Positions 1 through 8,446 of a stretch of DNA of 64,000 nt are shown here, in pieces. The position numbers were made by a program, and so were the translations under genes. The stretch is from Terriglobia bacterium (GTDB lineage Bacteria > Acidobacteriota > Terriglobia > Acidiferrales > UBA7541), in contig JAIQGG010000007.1 in assembly GCA_020072785.1 (NCBI GenBank), positions 9,995 through 73,994 on the forward strand. The letters run 5' to 3'. The notes below the pieces were generated by a model that saw nothing but the letters and a program-made list of their open reading frames with translations, did no database searches and was not told the DNA's origin. How positions within the stretch are numbered: position 1 is the first letter of the stretch; the number at the start of each line of letters is the position of its first letter.

Positions 1-1
1 G

Positions 2-289
2 CCGCCGCGCACCCTCGCGCAGGCCCCCGCCGGCACCTCCGTGCACCGCGACTACGCCGTCTACACTTCCAGCTATGTCGCGCAGGGTTCCATACTCCGC
101 GCCGCGCGCCGCGTGCGCTTCCTCCTCCGCGAAATTCCCGCCGCCCGCAACGCCGATTACTCCGCCTTCACCCGCGCCGTCCAGAACGACGAATCCCAGC
201 TCTTCACTCTCGAACGCCCCGCCACTCCCGCGCCAAAGACAAAGCCCGCCGCGCCGAAGCCTCCGGCGGCCGCGAAGCCGCACCTCTGA
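2..289 (+). CDS. 3' end of a CDS that begins upstream of the window; hypothetical protein with Pro/Ala/Lys-rich tail
   Basis: Frame is open from the window edge (phase of position 2) to TGA 287-289; track ORF 41..289 is its in-frame tail. No family recognised from the 95 visible residues. Confidence 0.4.
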   Translation, partial: PPRTLAQAPAGTSVHRDYAVYTSSYVAQGSILRAARRVRFLLREIPAARNADYSAFTRAVQNDESQLFTLERPATPAPKTKPAAPKPPAAAKPHL

Positions 290-390
290 TTCGTTCCTTT
301 GTTGAGGCGGACTGCCGCCCGCCCCTCTTCTGTTCTTGGCTTGGATGTATCGCCGCTCGATGCAGGCGATCCGCCGGAGAACCCGGCGCT

Positions 391-966
391 TTACTTGATT
401 TCCAGGATTTCTTTTTCTTTCGCCGCCGAAAAATCTTCCATCTTCTTGGTTTCCGCGTGCGAGAGCTTCTCCAGCTCGTCCAGCGCGCGCTTCTTCTCGT
501 CTTCGCTGATCTTCTTGTCCTTCTCCAGCTTCTCGATGGCTTCCTTGACGTCGCGCCGGATGTTGCGCACCGCCGTGCGGTGATTCTCCAGCACCTTGTG
601 CAGGTGCTTCACGAACTCCTTGCGCCGCTCTTCGGTCAGCGAGGGAATCGGCACGCGCACCACTTTGCCGTCGTTCGTGGGATTCAGCCCCAGGTCCGAG
701 GTGCGGATGGCCTTGTCGATCAGCGGCACCGCGCCGGGATCCCACGGCGAAATCACCAGCAGCGTCGCGTCCGGCACCGTCAGGGTGCCCAGCTGGTTGA
801 TGGGCATCGGCGTGCCGTGGTAGTCCACGCGCACGCTGTCCAGCAGCGCCGCATTCGCGCGCCCCGTGCGGATCGAAGCCAGCTCATGCCGGAAGTCCTC
901 GACCGCCTTTTCCATCCGCGTGCGCGCCTGCGCCATCGCATCTTTCGTGCTGGCAATTGTGCTCAT
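391..966 (-). CDS. frr: ribosome recycling factor
   Basis: 191 aa, full-length Frr-like sequence (ELASIRTGRANAALLD, VPIPSLTEERRKE); classic pyrH-frr adjacency. Confidence 0.95.
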   Translation of the reverse strand: MSTIASTKDAMAQARTRMEKAVEDFRHELASIRTGRANAALLDSVRVDYHGTPMPINQLGTLTVPDATLLVISPWDPGAVPLIDKAIRTSDLGLNPTNDGKVVRVPIPSLTEERRKEFVKHLHKVLENHRTAVRNIRRDVKEAIEKLEKDKKISEDEKKRALDELEKLSHAETKKMEDFSAAKEKEILEIK

Positions 967-1001
967 CGCATACTCCGCCTGTCCTCGGAACGATCCCCGG
1001 C

Positions 1002-1772
1002 CTAGTCCGGCGTCACCGTCGAACCTACCCGCTCGCCCAGCACCGCCCGCTTGATGTTTCCGTGCGTGTTCATGTTGAACACTACGATGGGCATGCGGTT
1101 ATCCATGCATAGCGAGATGGCCGTGGAATCCATCACCTGCAGACCCTTCGTCAGCACTTCCCGGTAGGTGATCTTCGGAAAGAATTTGGCCCCGCGCACC
1201 TTCTCGGGGTCCGCGTCGTAGATTCCGTCCACCCGCGTGGCCTTCAGGATCACCTGCGCCTTGATCTCCATCGCCCGCAGCGCTGCCGCCGTGTCCGTCG
1301 AAAAATACGGGTTCCCGGTGCCCCCCGCGAAGATCACCACCCGGCCCTTCTCCAGGTGCCGCGCCGCGCGCCGCCGGATGAACGGCTCGGCCACCTGGCG
1401 CATCTCGATCGCGCTCATCAGCCGCGTCACCACGCCCTTTTTCTCCAGCGCGTCCTGCAGCGCCAGCCCGTTGATCACCGTCGCCAGCATGCCCATGTAG
1501 TCGCCCGTCGCCCGGTCGATCTCCACGGTCTTCTGCCGCCCCCCGCGGAAGATATTTCCCCCGCCAACCATGATCGCCACCTGCACGCCCAGCGCCACCA
1601 CGTCGCGAATCTCTCCGGCCAGCGCCGCCACCGTCTCCCCATGAATGCCGTAACCCTGCGGGCCCTGCAGCGACTCGCCCGAGAGCTTCAGCACGATCCG
1701 CTCGTACATCGGCGCCGCCTTCTGCGCGCCTTTGCGCACCGCTGTCGTCGCTGTCTTCATGGTTTTTCCCAT
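1002..1772 (-). CDS. pyrH: UMP kinase
   Basis: [44 protein letters not shown] motifs. Start uncertain: ATG at 1772 or 1760; the track ORF start at 1835 is probably too far upstream. Confidence 0.9.
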   Translation of the reverse strand: MGKTMKTATTAVRKGAQKAAPMYERIVLKLSGESLQGPQGYGIHGETVAALAGEIRDVVALGVQVAIMVGGGNIFRGGRQKTVEIDRATGDYMGMLATVINGLALQDALEKKGVVTRLMSAIEMRQVAEPFIRRRAARHLEKGRVVIFAGGTGNPYFSTDTAAALRAMEIKAQVILKATRVDGIYDADPEKVRGAKFFPKITYREVLTKGLQVMDSTAISLCMDNRMPIVVFNMNTHGNIKRAVLGERVGSTVTPD

Positions 1773-1920
1773 CCCGGACCGCCCGCACCCGCGCAAAATC
1801 CCGTTGATTGTAACAAAGATTCCCCCCGCCCGCACGGCCGCAGCCCTTCCCGGCTGCGCTGCATCTGTTTCTGCGTCTCTGCGTTCTCTGCGTTGTTTCC
1901 TTCTTCTTCTTCTCTCCCCC

Positions 1921-1960
1921 CAAAAACAAAACGAGCGCCCCGGCCTCGCCGGAGCGCTCG
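1921..1960 (-). terminator. rho-independent terminator after tsf
   Basis: Minus-strand transcript CGAGCGCTCCGGCGAGGCCGGGGCGCTCG followed by TTTTGTTTTTG, 29 nt after the tsf stop. Confidence 0.6.
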
Positions 1961-1988
1961 CAAAAGGTTTCTGCTGGTGCCGCTGGAA

Positions 1989-2630
1989 CTACGCCGCGCC
2001 CGCCGCCGCGCCCGGGCCCTCGCCCACCTTGAAGCGCACGAACCGCCGCACCGAAATGTTTTCCCCCAGCTTGGCAATCGCCTGGTTGATCAGCTCCGTG
2101 ATGCTCAGCGACTCGTCCTTGATGAAATGCTGCTCGTAGAGACAGTTCTCTTCGTAGAACTTCTCCATCTTCCCGGACACGATCTTCTCGATGATGGCCT
2201 CCGGCTTGCCCGTGGCCCGCGCCTGCTCGCGGTAGATCTCGCGCTCTTTCTCAAGCATCTCCGGCGTCACTTCCTCGCGCCGCACGTAGCGCGGATCCAG
2301 CGCCGCGATGTGCATGGCCACCTCGTGGCACAGGTGCTGGAAGGCCTCCGTGCGCGCCACGAAATCCGATTCGCAGTTCACTTCCACCAGCACGCCGATC
2401 TTCCCGCCCGCGTGGATGTAGCTGCCCACCAGGCCCTCGCTGGCCTCGCGCTGCGCCTTCTTGGCCGCCGCCGCCTGCCCCTTCTTGCGCAGCACGCTGA
2501 TGGCCTTCTCGAGGTCTCCACCGGCTTCCACCAGGGCCGCCCGGCAATCGCTGAATCCCGCGCTGGTGCGCTCGCGCAGCTCTTTCACCAGCTGTGCGGA
2601 TATTTGCGTCGCTTCCGGTTGAGTGCTCAT
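1989..2630 (-). CDS. tsf: elongation factor Ts (short ~210-aa form)
   Basis: N-terminal UBA-like [22 protein letters not shown] and [18 protein letters not shown]; follows rpsB as in most bacteria. Confidence 0.93.
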   Translation of the reverse strand: MSTQPEATQISAQLVKELRERTSAGFSDCRAALVEAGGDLEKAISVLRKKGQAAAAKKAQREASEGLVGSYIHAGGKIGVLVEVNCESDFVARTEAFQHLCHEVAMHIAALDPRYVRREEVTPEMLEKEREIYREQARATGKPEAIIEKIVSGKMEKFYEENCLYEQHFIKDESLSITELINQAIAKLGENISVRRFVRFKVGEGPGAAAGAA

Positions 2631-2796
2631 TCCTCTTCTTCTCTTTATCTCTGGAGTTGAAAACTTCCTGCCGCGGCCATCGGCCCGCGCGCCCGGTTTT
2701 CACGTCCGGCTTTTCGGGTTGATACAAACGGCCCGGCGCGTTTTTCGTTGCAACGCCGCCGGGCCTCGCGGTTTTTCCGGGAAAAGCGCGGAAGCT

Positions 2797-3708
2797 TTAG
2801 CTCTTTACTTCTTCGCTGGTCGGAACCGCGGCCGGGACTTCGGCTTCCGCAGCCGCCGGCGCTTCCGCGGCGCCTGCGCCGGCCCCTTCCACGGGGGCGC
2901 CTTCCACGAAGTCGCCTTCCTGCTTCTCGTACTGCTCGTAGGCGCTCGTGTCCACGTATTCCACCTGCTCGGCCAGGGCCTGGTCTTCCGCGGCCTTCTG
3001 CTCCGCCACCTGCGTCTGCTGGTAGGCGGCGTGGCCTTCGATCACCGACTCGGAAATCTTCGAGGTGAACAGGCGAATCGCGCGCAGCGCGTCGTCGTTC
3101 CCTGGGATGATCCAGTCCACCAGGTCGGGGTCGCAGTTGGTGTCCACCACGGACACCACCGGCACGCCCATCCGCCGCGCTTCCTTCACCGCGATCTCTT
3201 CCGCGTTGGAATCGATCACGAACATCGCATCGGGGATCTGCGTCATGTTCTCGATGCCTTCGAGATTCTGGAACAGGCTCTTCATCTCGCGTTCCAGCCG
3301 CGCCCGCTCTTTCTTCGACAACTGGTCCATGCGCCCGTCTTCGATCATGGCCTTCAGCAGCTTCAGCCGCTTGATGGACTTCTGCAGCGTCGCCCAGTTG
3401 GTCAGCGTCCCGCCCAGCCAGCGGTGGTTCACGAAGAACGCTCCGCAGCGCTTCGCCTCTTCGGCGACCGCTTCCTGGGCCTGGCGCTTGGTGCCTACAA
3501 ATAGAATGGTCCGGCCTTGTCCGGTCATTTCGCTCACGAAGCGGCTCGCTTCGCGGAACATCTTGAGGGTTTTCTGCAGGTCAATGATGTGGATGCCGTT
3601 GCGCTCGCCGAAAATGAATTCCTTCATCTTGGGGTTCCAGCGGCGGGTCTGGTGACCGAAATGTACTCCGGCCTCCAGCAACTCTTTCATCGTAATTTCA
3701 ACTGCCAA
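2797..3708 (-). CDS. rpsB: 30S ribosomal protein S2 with acidic/Ala-rich C-terminal extension
   Basis: [15 protein letters not shown] signature and full S2 core; ~60 extra C-terminal residues rich in A/E/Q. Confidence 0.95.
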   Translation of the reverse strand: MAVEITMKELLEAGVHFGHQTRRWNPKMKEFIFGERNGIHIIDLQKTLKMFREASRFVSEMTGQGRTILFVGTKRQAQEAVAEEAKRCGAFFVNHRWLGGTLTNWATLQKSIKRLKLLKAMIEDGRMDQLSKKERARLEREMKSLFQNLEGIENMTQIPDAMFVIDSNAEEIAVKEARRMGVPVVSVVDTNCDPDLVDWIIPGNDDALRAIRLFTSKISESVIEGHAAYQQTQVAEQKAAEDQALAEQVEYVDTSAYEQYEKQEGDFVEGAPVEGAGAGAAEAPAAAEAEVPAAVPTSEEVKS

Positions 3709-3845
3709 TGTTCCTCCTTAGTGGATAGCCGTTTGCCCTGCGGCGCAAACACCGCCGCACTCGAACGGCCTCTTGCCGGCTCCTTGCCGGCCGTGATCTT
3801 GGCGGGGCCGCTTGCGCCGCCCCGCCAGAGCTCGTCAAAACCCGC

Positions 3846-4262
3846 TTAGCGCTTGGTGAACTGGAAGCGCTTCCGCGCGCCCTTCTGCCCGTACTTCTTG
3901 CGCTCCTTCATCCGCGAGTCGCGCGTCAAAAATCCGTTTTTGCGCAGCGCCGGCTGCAGCTCCGGATTGAACCGGATCAGCGCGCGCGACAGCCCCATGC
4001 GCACCGCTCCGGACTGCCCGCCCACGCCCCCGCCGTTCGCCGTCACCATCACGTCCACCTGGTCCTGCAGGCTGGTGAACTTCAGCGGTTCCGTCGCCGC
4101 GTGCTTCCAAGCGTGATTCGGGAAATACACTTCCGGCGTCTTTCCGTTCACCGTGAACTTCCCGGTACCCGGACGCAGGAACACGCGCGCCACCGATTCC
4201 TTGCGGCGGCCCGTCCCCAGAAACCATTTCACGCCCCCAAGGGGCGCTGCCGATGCACTCAC
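3846..4262 (-). CDS. rpsI: 30S ribosomal protein S9
   Basis: 138 aa, GTGRRKESVARV motif and the typical ...ARKRFQFTKR C-terminus; GTG start at 4262. Confidence 0.95.
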   Translation of the reverse strand: MSASAAPLGGVKWFLGTGRRKESVARVFLRPGTGKFTVNGKTPEVYFPNHAWKHAATEPLKFTSLQDQVDVMVTANGGGVGGQSGAVRMGLSRALIRFNPELQPALRKNGFLTRDSRMKERKKYGQKGARKRFQFTKR

Positions 4263-4281
4263 AACTCCTCCTCACGCCATT

Positions 4282-4309
4282 TCTATCTGTGACCGCAGAG
4301 CGGTCAACG
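4282..4309 (+). repeat. dispersed palindromic element, copy 1 (TCTATCTGTGACCGCAGAGCGGTCAACG)
   Basis: 7-3-7 palindrome TGACCGC-AGA-GCGGTCA with conserved 5' flank. Near-identical copies at 36903-36932 and 52021-52050. Lies in the unusually long (119 nt) rplM-rpsI spacer. Confidence 0.7.
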
Positions 4310-4381
4310 CGCTCGCGGGATTTCCTTCTCGGGAAGAAAACCACTACGTGCGGAAAAATTCGCGGGCCCCTTGCGGCCCCT

Positions 4382-4831
4382 TTATACCGCCAGCGGCTGC
4401 GGCTTCTGCCCGGCGTGCTTCGCCAGCCCGCTCGCGTCGCGGTACACGCGCAGCTTCTTGGCCCGCCGCGCCCGCAGCTTGTTCTTCGGCAGCATGCCCA
4501 GAATCGCTTCGCGCACCATCCAGTCGGCCTTCACCGGACGCAGCCTCTTCGCCGGCACTTCCTTCAGCCCTCCCGGATACCCGCTGTGGCTGTAATACAT
4601 CTTCTGCTCGACCTTGTTCCCGGTCATGCGGATCTTGTCCGCGTTGATCACCACCACGTGGTCGCCCGAGTCCAGATACGGCGTAAAGCTCGCCTTATCC
4701 TTCCCGATCAGCAGCCGCGCCACCTTCGTCGCCAGCCGCCCCAGCACCACGTTCGTGGCGTCCACCACAAACCAGTTCGCGCCCACTTTCAGCGCTTCCG
4801 CCTCTGCTCCCTTGGCTACGTACGTCCTCAT
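4382..4831 (-). CDS. rplM: 50S ribosomal protein L13
   Basis: 149 aa, WFVVDATNVVLGRLAT N-terminus typical of L13; rplM-rpsI gene order. Confidence 0.95.
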   Translation of the reverse strand: MRTYVAKGAEAEALKVGANWFVVDATNVVLGRLATKVARLLIGKDKASFTPYLDSGDHVVVINADKIRMTGNKVEQKMYYSHSGYPGGLKEVPAKRLRPVKADWMVREAILGMLPKNKLRARRAKKLRVYRDASGLAKHAGQKPQPLAV

Positions 4832-4870
4832 TGCGCTCAGTCACACCTTTCCCAGTAGAGACAAACAGCA

Positions 4871-4899
4871 ATCTTAGTGTATGTATCCCTTCCTGTCAA
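4871..4899 (-). promoter_or_regulatory. sigma70-type promoter of rplM-rpsI
   Basis: Minus strand reads TTGACA (4899-4894), a 17-nt spacer, then TAAGAT (4876-4871), about 40 nt upstream of the rplM ATG. Confidence 0.5.
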
Positions 4900-5178
4900 C
4901 GCACTTGCACTCCGCTCGCAGACATTCGGCCCCGCATTCGCGCAAGTAGCTGCTCTGCTAGCGGCGGCGCCATTTATCCCGCCCCGGCCGGGACGCTATC
5001 ACCTTCGCCGTCCGGCCACTCCTGTCCCTGAGACGCCCCTTCAGCAAGTGCCAACTGGCATTAGAGATAACGCTCGGGTAGAATCTCGCCGGGCGGAACT
5101 TCCGTCATTTCGCGGGAGCGCTTCGTGGCCAAACACAAACGACCAAAAGCACACACCGGTGCAAAATCCGGGAAACAC

Positions 5179-5244
5179 TCCTCCGGCGTTTGTCATCCCG
5201 AACACCCCTCCGGCGTTTGTCATCCCGAACGAACGTGAGGGATC
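5179..5244 (+). repeat. hairpin-type repeat (GTCATCCCGAACGAACGTGAGGGATC, 5219-5244) preceded by a 24-bp direct duplication of its left half
   Basis: CCTCCGGCGTTTGTCATCCCGAAC occurs twice (5180-5203 and 5207-5230). The full element ends 19 nt before the GIY-YIG ATG. Confidence 0.75.
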
Positions 5245-5262
5245 TGTTTTTGGGGCTTTAAC

Positions 5263-5769
5263 ATGGAACACACCTTTTCCGTCTACATCCTCGCCAGCCG
5301 CTCCCGCTCGCTCTACACCGGCGTAACCAACGACCTCGAGCGCCGAATGACCGAACACCGCCAAGGCGTTATCCCAGGCTTCACCACCCGTTATCGCGTC
5401 TTCCGGCTTGTCCACGTCGAACTTTTCGCTCACATCAATGACGCCATCGCCCGCGAGAAGGAAATCAAAGGCTGGCGCCGCGAAAAGAAAATCCATCTGA
5501 TCGAGCAGGGAAACCCGGTTTGGGAAGACCTCGCTGCCCGACTTCCGCACGCATATAAAAGTCAGAAGCTTCAAAGCAGATCCCTCACCCGTTCGGCAGA
5601 CCCGGACGAACGGATTCGGGATGACAACTCAAAGGACGGGGCGGACGGCATCGCGCATCACACCGCGCACGGCAACCCGGACAGCAAAAGCGACCGCAAG
5701 GCGGACAGCAAGGCACCCATGTCATTCCGAACGAAGTTAGGAATCTGCTTTTCTCTTAGACTCTCCTAG
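5263..5769 (+). CDS. GIY-YIG nuclease family protein (UPF0213/YhbQ-like), ~94-aa domain plus a repeat-derived read-through tail
   Basis: FSVYILASRSRSLYTGVTNDLERRMTEHRQG...AIAREKEIKGWRREKK is a canonical small GIY-YIG domain. Residues ~95-168 are translated from repeat DNA (tail ...MSFRTKLGICFSLRLS). Confidence 0.8.
   Translation: MEHTFSVYILASRSRSLYTGVTNDLERRMTEHRQGVIPGFTTRYRVFRLVHVELFAHINDAIAREKEIKGWRREKKIHLIEQGNPVWEDLAARLPHAYKSQKLQSRSLTRSADPDERIRDDNSKDGADGIAHHTAHGNPDSKSDRKADSKAPMSFRTKLGICFSLRLS
5579..5625 (-). repeat. inverted copy of the 5219-5244 element, split by a ~20-nt insert
   Basis: The reverse complement reads GTCATCCCGAA[tccgttcgtccgggtctgcc]GAACGGGTGAGGGATC. The insert forms its own 7-bp hairpin CCGTTCG/CGAACGG. 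Confidence 0.7.
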
Positions 5770-6147
5770 CCACCAAATCCATCGTCGCGCGTCACACCGG
5801 ACAGCAAAGGCGACCGCACGGCGGACAGCAACGCACCATGTCATTCCGAACGAAGTGAGGAATCTGCTTTTCTCTTAGCCTCTCATGGCCACCAAATCCA
5901 TCGTCGCGCGTCACACCGGACAGCAAGGGCGACAGCAGGGCGGACGGCAAGGCACCCATGTCATTCCGAACGAAGTGAGGAATCTGCTTTTCTCTTAGAC
6001 TCTCATCTGCATCCCGGATGCTGTCGCGGGCCGCGCCAAACGTTAGCCCAGCCCGTGCGGACTGGGAAAGATGTGCCTCCCTACACCCATGTCATTCCGA
6101 ACGGAGTGAGGAATCTGCTTTTCTCTTAGCCTCTCATCTGCGTCCCG
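5632..6147 (+). repeat. tandem array, 4 units of 119-131 bp, each with core CATGTCATTCCGAACGAAGTGAGGAATCTGCTTTTCTCTTAG
   Basis: Cores start at 5718, 5837, 5957 and 6088. Units 2 and 3 are near-identical over their whole length (CCACCAAATCCATCGTCGCGCGTCACACCGGACAGCAA...). Unit 4 has a different inter-core segment. Confidence 0.9.
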
Positions 6148-6197
6148 GCGTTCTTAACCAGGAAGCCCGCCTCCGGTCTCGTCTCTTGCCTTTGCCC

Positions 6198-6262
6198 GTC
6201 ATTTGCGCTTCTTGCATCCCGGACGGTTTTGCGGGACCGAACGAACGTGAGAAATCTCTCTT
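6198..6262 (+). repeat. degenerate split copy of the same repeat family
   Basis: GTCATT (6198-6203), a 33-nt insert, then CCGAACGAACGTGAGAAATC (6237-6256). Confidence 0.45.
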
Positions 6263-6332
6263 CCTCGACGCAAACCGTCCAACGCAGATGAAAAAAACTC
6301 ACTAAATTCCATGACTGCCAGTCTCAAAGTCG

Positions 6333-6360
6333 TTGACACGCGCCGCTGACTATCTAGATT
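6333..6360 (+). promoter_or_regulatory. sigma70-like promoter inside the low-GC islet
   Basis: TTGACA (6333-6338), a 16-nt spacer, then TAGATT (6355-6360). A second TATAAT lies at 6381-6386. Both are upstream of the 6401/6425 ORF. Confidence 0.4.
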
Positions 6361-6400
6361 AGTAGGATGCACTACAATGATATAATTCAGGCTTCAGAAA

Positions 6401-6799
6401 TTGAATCAGGAGACCTTTGCGTACATGGCAAGAACCAAACCGCTCGTGGCAGAAAAAAGGAATTATTTGGTTACTACGGTAGCGCAGGCAAAAGAGATCG
6501 CAATTTCGTGGCTTTCTGAAATAGAACTTTCTAACGTTACCTCTCTTGGACTACCCGAAGTAGATGATCGTTATCATATTTAGCGAGTACCAATTTGTAC
6601 TGCAACAGGAAGTATAAGAATTGGAGAAGCTGTTATTGATGCTTATACGACAGAGATACTGACAACCAAGACGACTAAAGCTCAAATGCTGGAGGCTCGT
6701 TTATTAAAAAAGGACGAGGTGCAATCGTCAAAACGGCAACCTAAAACAGAGTACCCAATCTCTCCCTTGCATGAGCGACTATCTTCGCGCAAGAATTAG
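6401..6799 (+). pseudogene. foreign-looking ORF of ~125-132 codons interrupted by one in-frame TAG (6581-6583)
   Basis: The same frame continues after the TAG: ...LGLPEVDDRYHI*RVPICTATGSIRIGEAVIDAYTTEIL...LHERLSSRKN, ending at TAG 6797-6799. About 40% GC; no family recognised with confidence. Confidence 0.4.
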
Positions 6800-7503
6800 C
6801 ACGATTGCAGTTCAAGATTTCTTATCTGGCCTCTCGACAGAAGATTTGATGAACTCGACTGCGGAGGAAGATGATTCTAATGAGTAGATTTTCCGGGACT
6901 GCCAGAGCGCTTCGCACCCTTCCGACAAGAAATTCGGCGGGTGGCTCAAGCTTAAATGACCCGGCAAGGTTGGAGTGCCCATTCCTGCGAAGCGCGTTTT
7001 TTGCGCCCCGGTTGGGTCTATGGGGCATGAGGGGGGGGGCTTTTTGCTGTTCTCCCCATCCTCGACCCCGCCCCGCCGCACCATTCGAAATATCACTAAT
7101 CCATATAGACTTTGAGTACATTCTGCGTTATAGTGTTTTTGCTTTTCAGCGCGGAGGAGACAGGACCTCGCCCCTTGTCCGTGCCACCGCTCGCCCCGCA
7201 ACACTCCTTCTCCCTCCCGCAACCCCTCCAGAATCACCACTTCCGCACTCTTTCGTACCAACGGAAATCTACACGACTTAAACTTCTTTCGTTTCATGCT
7301 CTTGCGCACTCTTTTGCACTGATTCGCACACAGCGCAACGCAACTTCCAATAAATCAATCTCTTGCGCACTCTTTGCTAAAAACACGGGGGGTGGGGGGT
7401 ACGTCCCCGCTTCGGAACTCCCGCTCGCCACTCGCCACTTGTCACTCGCCACTCAGCACATCACTCCTTACCGCTTCTTCCCCCGCGCCGGTTTTCGGAT
7501 ACA

Positions 7504-8415
7504 ATGGGGCGCAACCGACGTTCTTTCAGCGAGGTCCGCGTGATTCATCGCCACATCTTTCATAACGAAAGCCTGCTGCCCATCGAAAAAGTTCGGCTCT
7601 CGCCCGGACAGGCGGGGCTCCTCTGCGGCTGGGGCCTCTTCACCACCCTGCGCATCGTGCGCGGCGAGGCTTTCGCCTACGAGCGCCACTGGCGCCGCCT
7701 CGAAAAGGATGCCGCGCTCATCCGCCTGCCCATGCCCTACCCCTCCGTCAAAGTCCGCTTGCATCTCCAGGACGTGATCCGCGCCAACAAGGTCAGCGAA
7801 GGCTGCGCGCGCATCTATCTCGTCTACAATCAGGTCGGCTTCTGGCAGAGCGACGAAAAGGCCCCCCAGGTGGACCTGCTCATCTACACCGCGCCGCTCC
7901 CCGAATACCGCGAGCCCGTGCGCCTCGCGCTGCGCCCGCATGGCCGCCACGCGGCCTCGCCTCTCGCCGGTGTCAAGAGCATCTCCTGGCTCAACAATGT
8001 CTGGTCCGTCGCCGAAGCCCAGCGCGAAGGCTTCGACGAAGTGGTCCTGCTCAACGAACGCGGCGAAGTCGCCGAATGCACCGCCGCCAATATCTTCGCC
8101 GTCAAAGGCGGCAAGATCCATACGCCGCCGCTCAGTTCCGGCTGCCTGGAAGGCGTAACCCGCGCCATCCTCTTTGAGATCGCGCCCGAAGCGGGCATCC
8201 CCATCGTCGAGCAGGCCCTGCACCCCGAGGATCTCTACTCCGCCGACGAAGTCTTCATCTCCTCCACCAACCGCAACCTGATCAGCGCCAGCGAAATCGC
8301 CGGGCATCCCATCGCCGCCGCTCCCGGCCCCGCCACCCTCCGCCTCCGCCAGGCCTTCGATGACCACGTCGCCGAATACGTCAACCGCCGCATCGCCTCC
8401 GCCGCCCGTTCCTAG
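7504..8415 (+). CDS. class IV (fold-type IV) PLP-dependent aminotransferase family protein
   Basis: GLLCGWGLFTTLRI, AGVKSISWLNNV (Lys), ECTAANIFAVKGGKIHTPPLSSGCLEGVTR and EVFISSTNR are typical of BCAT/ADC-lyase family enzymes. The start could be slightly downstream. Confidence 0.85.
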   Translation: MGRNRRSFSEVRVIHRHIFHNESLLPIEKVRLSPGQAGLLCGWGLFTTLRIVRGEAFAYERHWRRLEKDAALIRLPMPYPSVKVRLHLQDVIRANKVSEGCARIYLVYNQVGFWQSDEKAPQVDLLIYTAPLPEYREPVRLALRPHGRHAASPLAGVKSISWLNNVWSVAEAQREGFDEVVLLNERGEVAECTAANIFAVKGGKIHTPPLSSGCLEGVTRAILFEIAPEAGIPIVEQALHPEDLYSADEVFISSTNRNLISASEIAGHPIAAAPGPATLRLRQAFDDHVAEYVNRRIASAARS

Positions 8416-8446
8416 TCATGCTAGAATCCCTCCGCAAGGCGCACTG

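Noticed and set aside
5041-5574. 177-aa minus-strand ORF covering the GIY-YIG locus
   Set aside because: It is antisense to a clear GIY-YIG domain. Part of it is translated repeat sequence (GMTNAGGVFGMTNAGGVF).
5632-6147. Possible CRISPR array (regularly spaced ~49-bp conserved cores)
   Set aside because: The segments between cores are themselves about 90% identical between units 1-3, so this is a tandem duplication and not repeat-spacer structure. The period is 119 bp, there are only 4 units, and there are no cas genes in the window.
6812-7309. 165-aa minus-strand ORF in the islet/repeat region
   Set aside because: It has mixed composition, no SD and no domain-like sequence, and it crosses the G9 run. 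It is probably non-coding.
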